A stretch of 64,000 nt of DNA, taken from positions 33,773 to 97,772 of the forward strand of contig WJMO01000007.1 in assembly GCA_014727915.1 (NCBI GenBank), in the 5' to 3' direction. A program made the translations under genes and the position numbers. Within the stretch, counting starts at the first letter, position 1; each line of letters begins with the position of its first letter. Under the pieces are notes generated by a model. The model did not search any database. It had not been told where the DNA came from and worked only from the letters and a program-made list of their open reading frames with translations. The stretch is from Candidatus Altiarchaeales archaeon (GTDB lineage Archaea > Altiarchaeota > Altiarchaeia > IMC4 > SCGC-AAA252-I15). Below are positions 46,904 to 56,288 of this stretch, in pieces.

Positions 46904-47542
46904 ATGGCGACCGAGAAGCAGAAGAAGGCAGCCAAGAAGAACATAGAGAAGGCACAGAAGAAGTGGCAGACCATGAGCAAGAAGGCTAGGAGCAGGGCTC
47001 AGCCGACCGGCAGGTCAAGGGCCAAACCAGGATCCAATGAGGATACCGGAGACTACTACCACGTGGAAGTCAGGGACAAGAACCAGTTCACATCGTTCAG
47101 GACCCACGACATAGGACGTAAGGGCCACACGCAGAGGGTCGCGGGAAGGCGCAGGAGCGGAAGCTGGGACACCCAGAAATGGCTCATAAGCAAGGAAGAC
47201 GCCCATTTGAGAGGCAATAAGCTTGTGGCCGACGACGATGACGTGAAGGATGTCTTCGACAACCTGGGGTCAACCCCGAAGAAGGTGGGAGGCGACCGGT
47301 TCAAGGCCAAGCCAAGGCCTGACGTGCCAGAGAAGGAAAAGCCGACGAAAGCCCAGAGGAAAGCCAGGCGGCAGAACATCAGGAAGGCTCAGAAGAGCTC
47401 CTCTGACAGGAGGGAATACGAGAAGAGGACTAAGAAGGAGTTGAACGCCCTGGCCAGGAAGCGAGGCATCGAAGGCTACACCCACATGGGCAAGAAGGAG
47501 CTCATACGGGAGTTGAGGAAGATGACAAGAGTTAGAGGCTAA
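46904..47542 (+). CDS. Very basic protein with C-terminal Rho-N/HeH nucleic-acid-binding domain
   Basis: Lys/Arg-rich; KKNIEKAQ and RQNIRKAQ repeats; TKKELNALARKRGIEGYTHMGKKELI. Confidence 0.75.
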   Translation: MATEKQKKAAKKNIEKAQKKWQTMSKKARSRAQPTGRSRAKPGSNEDTGDYYHVEVRDKNQFTSFRTHDIGRKGHTQRVAGRRRSGSWDTQKWLISKEDAHLRGNKLVADDDDVKDVFDNLGSTPKKVGGDRFKAKPRPDVPEKEKPTKAQRKARRQNIRKAQKSSSDRREYEKRTKKELNALARKRGIEGYTHMGKKELIRELRKMTRVRG

Positions 47543-47569
47543 TAAAAAAAAGATATGAGGTGATTTGAA

Positions 47570-48247
47570 ATGTTTAGAAGCATGAACGATTTGAACGGGT
47601 ATATGGTAGAGGCGATAGACGGGGAGGTCCGGTCCGTCGACGACATCCTCTTCGACGATATCCTGTGGAATGTAAGGTACCTGGTGGCGAACACGGGAGA
47701 GTGGCTTCCGGGAAGGCAGGTGCTTATAGCGCCTGAAGCGAGCCAGCAACCCGACTGGCGGTCTAGGAAGATACCCGTGGCTCTGACGAAGGAGCAGATA
47801 GAGAACAGCCCCCCGTTGGAGATGGACAAGCCGGTCAACAAGCAGTGGGAGCAGAAGTTCGTCCCATACTACGGTTGGACCACTTACTGGCTGGACATCG
47901 ACGGGGACCCGCATCTGAGGAGCATGAGCGAGGTCAAAGGGTATGATATCATGGCCTTGGACGGAGAGATCGGCAAGGTAGAAGACCTCATAGTCGACGA
48001 CGAAGACTGGAGGATAGGGTATATGGTGGTTGACACCAGCAGCTGGAACCCGCTGAGCAGGAAGACCATGATACCGCCGGAGTGGATAACCGGGATAGAC
48101 GAGAAGGAGGATACCGTCCTGGTGGACGTGAAGCAATCCCAGGTGAAGGACGCGCCCGAATACAACGCATCCGAACCTATCAACAGGGAGGTGGAGACCG
48201 TATTGTACGACTACTACGGGAAACCACACTACTGGGCCAACCTATGA
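47570..48247 (+). CDS. Tandem PRC-barrel protein (copy 3)
   Basis: Collinear with copies 1 and 2; 37-bp identity to copy 2 (47675-47711 vs 44085-44121). Confidence 0.9.
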   Translation: MFRSMNDLNGYMVEAIDGEVRSVDDILFDDILWNVRYLVANTGEWLPGRQVLIAPEASQQPDWRSRKIPVALTKEQIENSPPLEMDKPVNKQWEQKFVPYYGWTTYWLDIDGDPHLRSMSEVKGYDIMALDGEIGKVEDLIVDDEDWRIGYMVVDTSSWNPLSRKTMIPPEWITGIDEKEDTVLVDVKQSQVKDAPEYNASEPINREVETVLYDYYGKPHYWANL

Positions 48248-48417
48248 GCGGGAAAATGCCCTGGTCGAAGAGCGACTATCCGGATTCCATGAAGAACCTG
48301 GATGTTAAAACGAGGGAGAAGGCTATCGAGATAGCCAACTCCCTTCTCGAAGACGGATACGAGGAGGGTCGGGCGATCTCGATAGCCATATCAAAAGCAA
48401 AAGAAAAGAAGAGGTGA
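48244..48417 (+). CDS. YdaT-like (DUF2188-associated) small stress protein
   Basis: MPWSKSDYPDSMKNL...REKAIEIANSLLEDGYEEGRAISIAIS. Confidence 0.8.
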   Translation: MSGKMPWSKSDYPDSMKNLDVKTREKAIEIANSLLEDGYEEGRAISIAISKAKEKKR

Positions 48418-48424
48418 AAAAAAC

Positions 48425-49051
48425 ATGGATATCAAACAGATGGTATACGCGGCGGTCTTACTGTCAGCACTGTCTCTGTTCATGAGTACAGTGACTTTTT
48501 TTGAGATAACCGGCGTGGACGAGACAACAGTCAAGGAGCTGAAGGACGTTAGGAAGAAGACGAGAGAGGATGTTATGGAAGCAAACCAGGAGATAAGGGA
48601 GGATATAGCCTTGACGCAGGCCAGGATACGCCTTATGGCCTTGAGGGCTGAAGTCGCCGCGGAAGGGTCCTACGATGAGACCGTTGACGAGGTTGAGAGC
48701 ATAAGGCGGAGCCTTAACCGCGCCTACGCTAACGCTGCGGAGGAATCCTATGAGGCCTACTTGGAAGTGGATTCGGACCTTGAGACCTTGGAGAACCAGC
48801 TGAGAGAGGGAAGCGCGGAGTCGGTGAACAGCCTCGAGAACAGCATAGGAACGATCGAGGGGCATATCGAACCGAATGAGATGCAGGAGTGCATCGAGGC
48901 GGGAGGCGCCTGGGTGCAGTTCCCGAACGCATGCGCGGACTCATGCGCCTACGAGAGGAATGAAGGCATAATGTGCGCGCAGGTCATAACGGACGGTTGC
49001 GAATGCGGAGAGAACATGTGCTGGAACGGGTACACCTGCACGCCAAACTAA
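48425..49051 (+). CDS. Membrane-anchored helical-bundle protein with C-terminal 8-Cys module
   Basis: N-terminal TM, acidic helices, CIEAGG.W..FPNACADSC...CWNG. Confidence 0.75.
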   Translation: MDIKQMVYAAVLLSALSLFMSTVTFFEITGVDETTVKELKDVRKKTREDVMEANQEIREDIALTQARIRLMALRAEVAAEGSYDETVDEVESIRRSLNRAYANAAEESYEAYLEVDSDLETLENQLREGSAESVNSLENSIGTIEGHIEPNEMQECIEAGGAWVQFPNACADSCAYERNEGIMCAQVITDGCECGENMCWNGYTCTPN

Positions 49052-49067
49052 AGGAGGTGAACAGGAA

Positions 49068-49565
49068 ATGGATAAGCGAAACATGGAGCTTATGATGTAT
49101 TTTTCAGCCATAACAGCAGTTCTTGCTCTGGCCCTGGCGGTAACCGCCCATACGAGCAACGGAAACATCCAAGAAGACTTTTCAACGTCTTTGACTGAGT
49201 TGAAGATGGACGTTGATGATGTGAAAGTGGGCTTGAACGCCACCCAGGCAGGCCTAGCTGACCTGCAGTCCAGTGTCTCGACCCTGGAGGACATGGACAT
49301 AAGCAGAAGAGTGGATGAGATCGAAGCAAGGTTGACAGACATAGGGGGTAAGGTCTCAGGCCCTGGCTCTGGGATAGTGGAGGTCCCGGGCGAGCAGACG
49401 GCTTGCGCGGTAGCGGGAGGCGTTTGGAAGCAGTTCCCGAACGCATGCGCGGACTCATGCGCACACCAGAGGAATCCTGAGGTTATGTGCGCGCAGGTCA
49501 TAACGGACGGTTGCGAATGCGGAGAGAACATGTGCTGGAACGGAGCATCATGCGAACAGATATAA
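49068..49565 (+). CDS. Membrane-anchored coiled-coil protein with the same 8-Cys module
   Basis: 59-bp identity 49485-49543 vs 48971-49029. Confidence 0.75.
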   Translation: MDKRNMELMMYFSAITAVLALALAVTAHTSNGNIQEDFSTSLTELKMDVDDVKVGLNATQAGLADLQSSVSTLEDMDISRRVDEIEARLTDIGGKVSGPGSGIVEVPGEQTACAVAGGVWKQFPNACADSCAHQRNPEVMCAQVITDGCECGENMCWNGASCEQI

Positions 49566-49580
49566 AAAAGGAGGTGATAT

Positions 49581-50252
49581 TTGATGAAACCTGACGAGTC
49601 GGTCAAGAAGGACGTGGTGGACCAGCTCAGCTGGGACACCAGGTTGGACGCGAGCAGCATACTGGTCAAGGTCGACGGCAATGCCGTTACCCTGACCGGG
49701 GAGGTTCCGAACTACTCGAACAAGATGGGTGCTGAGAGGGTAGTCCATGCCATCAGGGGAGTGGAGTCGGTCGAGAACCTGATCGAGGTGAGATTCCCCG
49801 AAGGCTTCAAGGTCCCGGATAACGTCGGTTTGCAGACCACGGTGAAGACCTTCCTCGACCTTAACACCCGCGTGGACGACAGAAACATCGGGGTGAAAGC
49901 GGAAGACGGAAGGCTCTATTTGGAAGGCACCGTGCCGACCTTATACGAGAAGATAGTGGCTGAGAAGGAGGCCAAGTCGATAGTGGGGGTGTTGGACGTG
50001 GTAAACAAGCTTGCCGTGACACCCACGGAAAAGATTGCTGACGAGCTGGTAGGAGAGCATGTAATGCGCCGTATAGAGAAGAACTCCATCGCAGAAGTAG
50101 ACGGGATAAACGTGACCGTCTCCAACGGCAAAGTGGGGTTGACCGGGACAGTGCCCAGTTGGAGCCAGTGGATGTCGGTGATCGAAGCCGCCAGGCACAC
50201 GAAAGGCGTGGTGGACATAGAGGACAGGCTGAGCATCAGATACAACACATGA
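49581..50252 (+). CDS. Triple BON-domain (OsmY-like) protein
   Basis: Three repeats of V.L.G.VP...GV..V.N.L. Confidence 0.92.
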   Translation: MMKPDESVKKDVVDQLSWDTRLDASSILVKVDGNAVTLTGEVPNYSNKMGAERVVHAIRGVESVENLIEVRFPEGFKVPDNVGLQTTVKTFLDLNTRVDDRNIGVKAEDGRLYLEGTVPTLYEKIVAEKEAKSIVGVLDVVNKLAVTPTEKIADELVGEHVMRRIEKNSIAEVDGINVTVSNGKVGLTGTVPSWSQWMSVIEAARHTKGVVDIEDRLSIRYNT

Positions 50253-50273
50253 AATAAGGGGAGGTGATAGAAG

Positions 50274-50492
50274 ATGAAAACGGTTAAGGTGATAGAGGTC
50301 ATAGGGACCTCGGAGAAGAGCTGGGAGGAAGCCGCGGAGAACGCGGTCAAAACATCCTCGGGCACCATAGAGAACATTACAGGAGTGGAAGTTGTAGCGC
50401 AGACCGCGAAGGTGAAGGATGGCAGCATAGTCGAGTACAGGGCTGACGTGAAACTGGCCTTCATATACGACAAGAAACTCAAGGAGAGGTGA
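50274..50492 (+). CDS. Dodecin
   Basis: KVIEVIGTSEKSWEEAAENAV...EYRADVKLAF. Confidence 0.93.
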   Translation: MKTVKVIEVIGTSEKSWEEAAENAVKTSSGTIENITGVEVVAQTAKVKDGSIVEYRADVKLAFIYDKKLKER

Positions 50493-50495
50493 TCC

Positions 50496-50759
50496 ATGGT
50501 GGACGAAGGCAGGATTGAACCGGGCAGCCTGGCATTAGCGGGAGGGCTGCTGACGGCGGCGGGGATGTTCATAGTTACGTGGATGTCCATAGCCACAGGG
50601 TACATGAGGGAAATCCTGGAACTCATCGGAACAGCATACATAGGATATACCATCACCCCAGTGGGCAGCATCATAGGCGCAGTATTGGGATTCATCGACG
50701 CATACGCAGGCCTATACCTGCTAGCATGGATTTACAACAGGTTGAACCTGACAGGATAA
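50496..50759 (+). CDS. Small holin-like membrane protein
   Basis: YIGYTIT..GSIIG...GFID...AWIYN. Confidence 0.65.
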   Translation: MVDEGRIEPGSLALAGGLLTAAGMFIVTWMSIATGYMREILELIGTAYIGYTITPVGSIIGAVLGFIDAYAGLYLLAWIYNRLNLTG

Positions 50760-50910
50760 AGCGAATGATGAGATGAGCCGGTTAAGCGTCGGATGATGAC
50801 TGAGTTGTATGGACTTTTGTAGGCATGGACCTAGCCGGCAACGGAGTTCGAGATACTCTTGAGCAGTGATATGCAGTGCCAAGCTATAAAAGAAGGAGGT
50901 GAATGACAGA

Positions 50911-51687
50911 TTGCCGGAACTGCCGGAGGTGGAGGTATTCAAGAGATACCTTTCGAGGACGGGATTGAAGAAGGAGATAAAAGGATTCAGCGTAGATGAA
51001 GAGAGGATATTGAAGAAATCGATTTCGACGTTCAGAAGGCACCTTAAAGGCAACAAGTTGACGGGTACTGGGCGCCACGGGAAATACCTGTTCGCCCCCA
51101 TATCCGGCGGGCATGAGCTGGTTTTCCACTTTGGCATGACAGGGTATCTCGCCTATTTCAAGGAGGAAGAGCCGGAGCATTCAAGGGCTGTCATAAGGTT
51201 CCCCCAAGGCAGGAATCTGACATACGTGTCCCAGCGCATGCTCGGCCACCTGGACATCACAAAGGACAGGGAGAGATTCATAGCGGACAAACATCTGGGA
51301 CCGGACGCACTTGATATCGGATTGGGAGAATTCAAGGAGCGGCTTTCGAATAGGCGGGGCCATCTGAAAACCGCGCTCATGAACCAGGAGCTGATAGCGG
51401 GGATCGGCAACATCTACTCTGATGAAATACTATTCCACGCGGGACTCCACCCTAAAACCAGCGCGAAGAAACTGGACGACACGCAAATTGGGATTTTGCA
51501 CAGGAAAATGAGAAAGGTCTTGGATAAGGCTATCGAAAAGCACGCCGACGAGAATGAGATGCCAGAATCCTACCTGCTGCCGCACCGCAGCAAAGGAGAA
51601 GAATGCCCGAACGACGGGTCTAAGTTGAAGACAGTGAAGGTGAACCAGAGGACAGCATACTACTGCCCCAAACACCAGAAAAGATGA
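50911..51687 (+). CDS. mutM: Fpg/Nei DNA glycosylase
   Basis: TTG start giving M-PELPEVE; RHGKYL, HFGMTG, LGPDAL, AGIGNIYSDEIL; C-terminal finger CPND...CPKHQ. Confidence 0.92.
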   Translation: MPELPEVEVFKRYLSRTGLKKEIKGFSVDEERILKKSISTFRRHLKGNKLTGTGRHGKYLFAPISGGHELVFHFGMTGYLAYFKEEEPEHSRAVIRFPQGRNLTYVSQRMLGHLDITKDRERFIADKHLGPDALDIGLGEFKERLSNRRGHLKTALMNQELIAGIGNIYSDEILFHAGLHPKTSAKKLDDTQIGILHRKMRKVLDKAIEKHADENEMPESYLLPHRSKGEECPNDGSKLKTVKVNQRTAYYCPKHQKR

Positions 51688-51733
51688 GATTCGACCAATC
51701 GTTGACTTTTAAGGACTTCATGGAGGTGATAAG

Positions 51734-52924
51734 ATGGAAGGGCTGATGAATCTATGGGGTGAAGCTGCTATAACCTCCCTGGGGTTCTTCTGGAAGTCGG
51801 GTTGGGCGTTCATCCTGGGATACTCCATAAGCGCGATGATACAGGCTTTCGTTCCAAGGTCCCGGTTGACAAGGCACATGGGATCAGATGACATAAAGAG
51901 CATATCGCTCTCGACGGTATTCGGCGCTGCCTCATCATCCTGCTCCTTCGCCGCATTGGCGACTGCAAGGTCCCTGTTCCAGAAAGGGGCTCATTTCATA
52001 ACAGCGGTCGCGTTCATGTTCGCCTCCACCAACCTTGTGATAGAGCTGGGAATCCTGATACTCGTGTTCCTGGGATGGCAGTTCCTGGCAGCTGAGATAA
52101 TAGGGGGGCTAGTGCTGATAGTCATAAGCAGCGTCTTGATACGCCTGACCTACCCCCGGAAGTGGGTCAGAGAAGCGCGAGAGAAGCTTGAGGTGCGGTC
52201 ACATGGTGGAGATGAAGACTTTGACTGGAAGAAAAGGATAGGGAACATGAGCGGCTGGTATCTCGCAGGTGACAAGTTCATAGGAGAATGGAGGATGGTA
52301 TGGGAGGACATACTGATAGGGTTCACCATCGCAGGGTTCGTGGCGGTTTTCGTCCCGGCCGGGTTCTGGGGTGACCTTTTCCTCACGGACCAGGTGGGCG
52401 TGCTCCCACAGTGGGCGATCACATTGGAAAACGCGATGATAGCCCCGATCGTGGCTGCCGCGACATTCATAGGCTCCATGGGGAACATACCCTTGGCCAC
52501 GGTACTGAACTCCAACGGGGTCTTGTTCGCCGGGATAATGGGTTTCATATACTCCGACCTCATGGTCCCACCCCTGGTGAGGGTTAACGCGAAATACTAC
52601 GGTTGGGGGCTGGCCTTGTACGTCGCGGGCATAATGTACGTGAGCATCGTGGCAACCGCACTCATACTTCACGGCATATTCGCATTTTTCTCTCTGACAC
52701 CGGAGAGCGCGAAGGAGGTTTCCGATATCGTGACTTTCAAGGTCGACTACACCTTCTGGCTTAACATCCTGTTCATCCTGGTGGCTGTAGCGTGGGCGGC
52801 GCTCGCCGGGAGGCACGAAGGAGAGGGCATGGAGATGGAAACGTCGGGTAAGCTAAAGAACGCCGTGTCGCTGGCGGCTGGTCTGACAGTAGTCGGGGGT
52901 GTTATCATATACCTTATGATCTAG
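51734..52924 (+). CDS. DUF318-family permease (second subfamily)
   Basis: GAASSSCSFAA, FASTNLVIELG, SMGNIPLA. Confidence 0.88.
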   Translation: MEGLMNLWGEAAITSLGFFWKSGWAFILGYSISAMIQAFVPRSRLTRHMGSDDIKSISLSTVFGAASSSCSFAALATARSLFQKGAHFITAVAFMFASTNLVIELGILILVFLGWQFLAAEIIGGLVLIVISSVLIRLTYPRKWVREAREKLEVRSHGGDEDFDWKKRIGNMSGWYLAGDKFIGEWRMVWEDILIGFTIAGFVAVFVPAGFWGDLFLTDQVGVLPQWAITLENAMIAPIVAAATFIGSMGNIPLATVLNSNGVLFAGIMGFIYSDLMVPPLVRVNAKYYGWGLALYVAGIMYVSIVATALILHGIFAFFSLTPESAKEVSDIVTFKVDYTFWLNILFILVAVAWAALAGRHEGEGMEMETSGKLKNAVSLAAGLTVVGGVIIYLMI

Positions 52925-52925
52925 G

Positions 52926-53783
52926 ATGGAATACGATAATCCAAGAGGGGGCAGGGACATTGTCTATGTCCTTAAGGAGACGGCAGTGAATGCCGTTGAG
53001 AACCAGATTCCAATGCTTTCCGCAGCCCTCAGCTTCTATATCCTGGTCTCTCTCGCACCGCTCATGCTGATACTCTTGAACCTTATGGGATACGTCTTCA
53101 ACCTTGAAGACCCTGAGAACGCGATCCTGGCATTCTTCAAGGAGTACATGATATCCTCCGGGGAACTGCCCTTCATGACCGTGGGCGAGAACTACGAGCT
53201 TTTGCAGGGCAACACCGCATTCACGCTGTTAGGTTTGGGTATCTTATTCTGGACCTCGACCAGGGTGTTCAACCACCTCCAATACTCGCTGAACAGGATA
53301 TGGGACGTTGACGAGCGGGCCAGGCTAGGACTACTAGTAAAGAAGAGGCTACTGTCTTTCCTCCTCATATTGGCACTGGGTTCGGCGATCTTCGTGTTCT
53401 CAACCGTCCAGGGAGTTCTGATAGAATTCGAAGGACATGCCTCGGAATACCTCGGCATGAACGCATACAGTTTGCAGTTCCTGTCCAATATCATCTCCAT
53501 GGCTATGACAGCAGCCCTTTTCTACATGCTCTTCAAGTTCATACCGGACGCGCACGTACCTGGCAAGAGCGCCCTCTGGGGGGGCCTGATAGCTTCTATG
53601 CTCTTCTTCGCGGGGCAGATCATCGCAGCATACTATTTCAGCCTTGCAGGCATAGCATCCGCCTATGGGGCTGCGGGCTCCCTGATAGTGTTCCTCCTGT
53701 GGGTGTACTATTCATCACAGATATTCCTGGTCGGAGCCCAGTTCACAAGGTCGTATTCCTCATCCAGTGAGGTGAAGTCATGA
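52926..53783 (+). CDS. YihY/BrkB family membrane protein
   Basis: AALSFY..SLAP, SLNRIW, YGAAGSLIVFLLWVYYS. Confidence 0.92.
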   Translation: MEYDNPRGGRDIVYVLKETAVNAVENQIPMLSAALSFYILVSLAPLMLILLNLMGYVFNLEDPENAILAFFKEYMISSGELPFMTVGENYELLQGNTAFTLLGLGILFWTSTRVFNHLQYSLNRIWDVDERARLGLLVKKRLLSFLLILALGSAIFVFSTVQGVLIEFEGHASEYLGMNAYSLQFLSNIISMAMTAALFYMLFKFIPDAHVPGKSALWGGLIASMLFFAGQIIAAYYFSLAGIASAYGAAGSLIVFLLWVYYSSQIFLVGAQFTRSYSSSSEVKS

Positions 53784-55162
53784 GGAACCTGCTCCCCCAC
53801 ATAGGATTCATGCTGAAGACAGCAGGGTTTTCCACCATGATTCCAGTGGCAGCAGCCATAGTCCATGGCGAGAACTCTTCTTTTATGGGACTGGCAGCCA
53901 CCGCCCTGGCATTCGTGGCTCTTGGATACTCATTCGACGTATTCGATAAGAAGAAGGATCTCACGTACTGGGACGCCTGCAGGATAGCGACAGTAACATA
54001 CGTGCTTTTAGGGTTTGTCGGAGCCATGCCGTATATGCTCTCTGTCGGATCTGATGAGCCAATACTATCGCCTTCGGACTCGGTGTTCGAAAGCATATCA
54101 GGGTTCACGACAACCGGGCATACGATGATAGAAGAGCCCGGACGAATGAGCCGTTCTACCGCCCTTTACAGGGACATGACACAGTACCTTGGGGGGGTGA
54201 TAATAATACTCGTATTCATCGTGTTCTTCACGCCAAAGCATGGGAGGTTCGACCTGGAGAAGGCGTTCGGTCTGGAACAAGCCAAGAACGTGCTGAGGAA
54301 GACTTTCGTGAAGGTGCTCAACATATACCTGATTTTGTTACTCATGCTATCAGTCATGCTGGTAGTGACAGGTCAAGGCATCTTAGATTCTTTCTCTTAC
54401 ATCCTGGGCGGGCTATCCACTGGGGGCTTCACCCCTGGCGAGTCCGATATCGGGATAATGGAGGGAACCGTGCTCTTGACGGCCATGGTGGCTGGTTCCG
54501 TTAACTTCCTGGTCTTCCACCACGTCACGAGTGGAAAGATCAAGGAAGCGCTCAGGGAGGAGCTGCCATACCTGATTGGGATCATCCTAGCAGCGTCGAT
54601 CCTGTCATACGCGGCCTTCGGCTACGGGTTCTTCACTTCCCTGTTCCAGAACACAAGCGCCGCAACAACGACAGGCTTCTCCGCCCTCGACGTCTCGGTT
54701 CAGCCGGAAGGCTTCAAGGCACTCCTCATACTCCTCATGATAGTGGGCGGTTCAAGCCTTTCGACTTCGGGCGGGATAAAGATATGGCGCGCCATACTGC
54801 TCGCTAAGGCAGCCTATGTTAGCTTGCATAACAGATTCGGCAAAAAGCAGAGGAAAGTCATGCTATGGAACAAACCCGTGAAAGGGGAGATGGCCGGGAG
54901 AGCGAGGAACCTCTTCGCAGCGATGATGGGAGTGGTGTTCTTTTCATCGGTGCTTTTCGCCCTGCAAGGATACGATCCCGTCGATTCCGTTTTCGAGACG
55001 GTCAGCGCGGTCTCGACCACGGGGTTAACCGCAGGCATCACCAACCCAGCCATGGCAGCGCATCTGAAATGCGTTATGGTGGCCCTAATGATATTGGGCA
55101 GACTCGAGATTATGCCCTTTCTAATCGTTTTAAACAAGAATCCAGCGGGTGGAAAGGGTTGA
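53780..55162 (+). CDS. trkH: TrkH potassium-uptake membrane protein
   Basis: FESISGFTTTG, STGGF, TTTGF, STSGGIK, STTGL, LGRLE. Confidence 0.92.
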   Translation: MRNLLPHIGFMLKTAGFSTMIPVAAAIVHGENSSFMGLAATALAFVALGYSFDVFDKKKDLTYWDACRIATVTYVLLGFVGAMPYMLSVGSDEPILSPSDSVFESISGFTTTGHTMIEEPGRMSRSTALYRDMTQYLGGVIIILVFIVFFTPKHGRFDLEKAFGLEQAKNVLRKTFVKVLNIYLILLLMLSVMLVVTGQGILDSFSYILGGLSTGGFTPGESDIGIMEGTVLLTAMVAGSVNFLVFHHVTSGKIKEALREELPYLIGIILAASILSYAAFGYGFFTSLFQNTSAATTTGFSALDVSVQPEGFKALLILLMIVGGSSLSTSGGIKIWRAILLAKAAYVSLHNRFGKKQRKVMLWNKPVKGEMAGRARNLFAAMMGVVFFSSVLFALQGYDPVDSVFETVSAVSTTGLTAGITNPAMAAHLKCVMVALMILGRLEIMPFLIVLNKNPAGGKG

Positions 55163-55196
55163 TTATGAAAGTGTCGATTTTTTTGAGGTGATTTGT

Positions 55197-56288
55197 ATGA
55201 TAGAGGATGTTTTGGGACGGGTTAAGCAGCAGTATCAGGCTGTCCAATCTGATACAAGAGTGAGCGAGGTAGTGGGCGTAATGTCCAAGCAGGGACTGTA
55301 TGCTGTCCCGGTCTTGGACGGTAATACGTATGTGGGTTTGATAACGGCATCAGATATCGTGGCCTCAAGGAATCCGACCAGCACCAAGGCCAGGACCATC
55401 GCGTCAAGGGTTCCGTTAGTACCTAAGGACTCCGGAGTCGGGGAGGTCTGCGAGCGCATGTGGAGGAACAGCCTCATCGCCGTGCCGGTCGGTGAAGGTG
55501 ACAGGATCGAGGGGTTGATAACATTCTGGGACATCCTCGAGTGGGCGGTCGGAAAGGAGGATTTAAAAGACTATCTTATCTCTGACGTGGACATTGGTGA
55601 ATTCCCTGAGATACCCGCTGACGAGGACCTGGACTCCGCGCGTGTGAATCTTAGGACGGAGGACATAAGCAAGCTGGTAGTCGGGGACGAGCGCATGAAA
55701 CGGCTCATTGACGAGAAGGAATACGCAGAGAGGATATCCAGGATACCCAAGAGGAGGGCCAAGACTGGTGAGAGGAGGGGCGAGAAGGTCAAGATGCTGG
55801 CGTCGGATGCGAAAAACATTTCCGAGAGGATACTGGTGCACGCCAGAAGAACCGACGAGCTAGGCGGGGTATTGGAGAGGATGATAGGGAACCGTGTGAC
55901 ACACGCAAAGGTGGATGAGGGGATAGTCACATACCGGGACATCCTAAGGTTCCTGGCCGACACCGAAGAGGAAGACAAGACCCGGAGCCAGAAGGTCAAG
56001 GTGATATGCAAACATCAGCTGCCGGAGAGTGTCAAATCCCGCATGGACTCGGAGCTGCGTGATTTCGCCGGATACTATGCGGATAAGCACGGCCTAGAGA
56101 GCCTGAAGGAGCTGAAGATAAACGTGAAGGAGACCAACCGAGGGGGTTCGAACCGCACCTATGAGATGAAGGCTAACATGGTGACCGACAGGGGAAGGCT
56201 TCACGCTAAAAAGACGGGGTGGGATGCGATAAACGTGTTCAACGAGCTCGTTGCCGCTCTGAAGAAGTCAATAAGGAGAGGTGATTGA
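55197..56288 (+). CDS. CBS-domain protein with C-terminal HPF/RaiA-like domain
   Basis: Four CBS-like repeats; C-terminal LKINVKE...YEMKANM...LHAKKTGWD...FNEL...LKKSI; GAGGTGA RBS before ATG 55197. Confidence 0.75.
   Translation: MIEDVLGRVKQQYQAVQSDTRVSEVVGVMSKQGLYAVPVLDGNTYVGLITASDIVASRNPTSTKARTIASRVPLVPKDSGVGEVCERMWRNSLIAVPVGEGDRIEGLITFWDILEWAVGKEDLKDYLISDVDIGEFPEIPADEDLDSARVNLRTEDISKLVVGDERMKRLIDEKEYAERISRIPKRRAKTGERRGEKVKMLASDAKNISERILVHARRTDELGGVLERMIGNRVTHAKVDEGIVTYRDILRFLADTEEEDKTRSQKVKVICKHQLPESVKSRMDSELRDFAGYYADKHGLESLKELKINVKETNRGGSNRTYEMKANMVTDRGRLHAKKTGWDAINVFNELVAALKKSIRRGD

Noticed and set aside
13761-49543. CRISPR array or DGR template/variable repeat explanation for the repeats
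   Set aside because: No regularly spaced repeat-spacer series, no cas or reverse transcriptase gene, and no adenine-specific mismatch pattern
50496-50759. Provirus suggested by the holin-like gene
   Set aside because: No capsid, terminase, integrase or replication genes nearby
50760-50890. Fluoride riboswitch or C/D-box sRNA (GGCAACGGAGTTCG; two ATGATGA; CTGA)
   Set aside because: The riboswitch pseudoknot partner is missing and the C/D boxes are not canonically spaced
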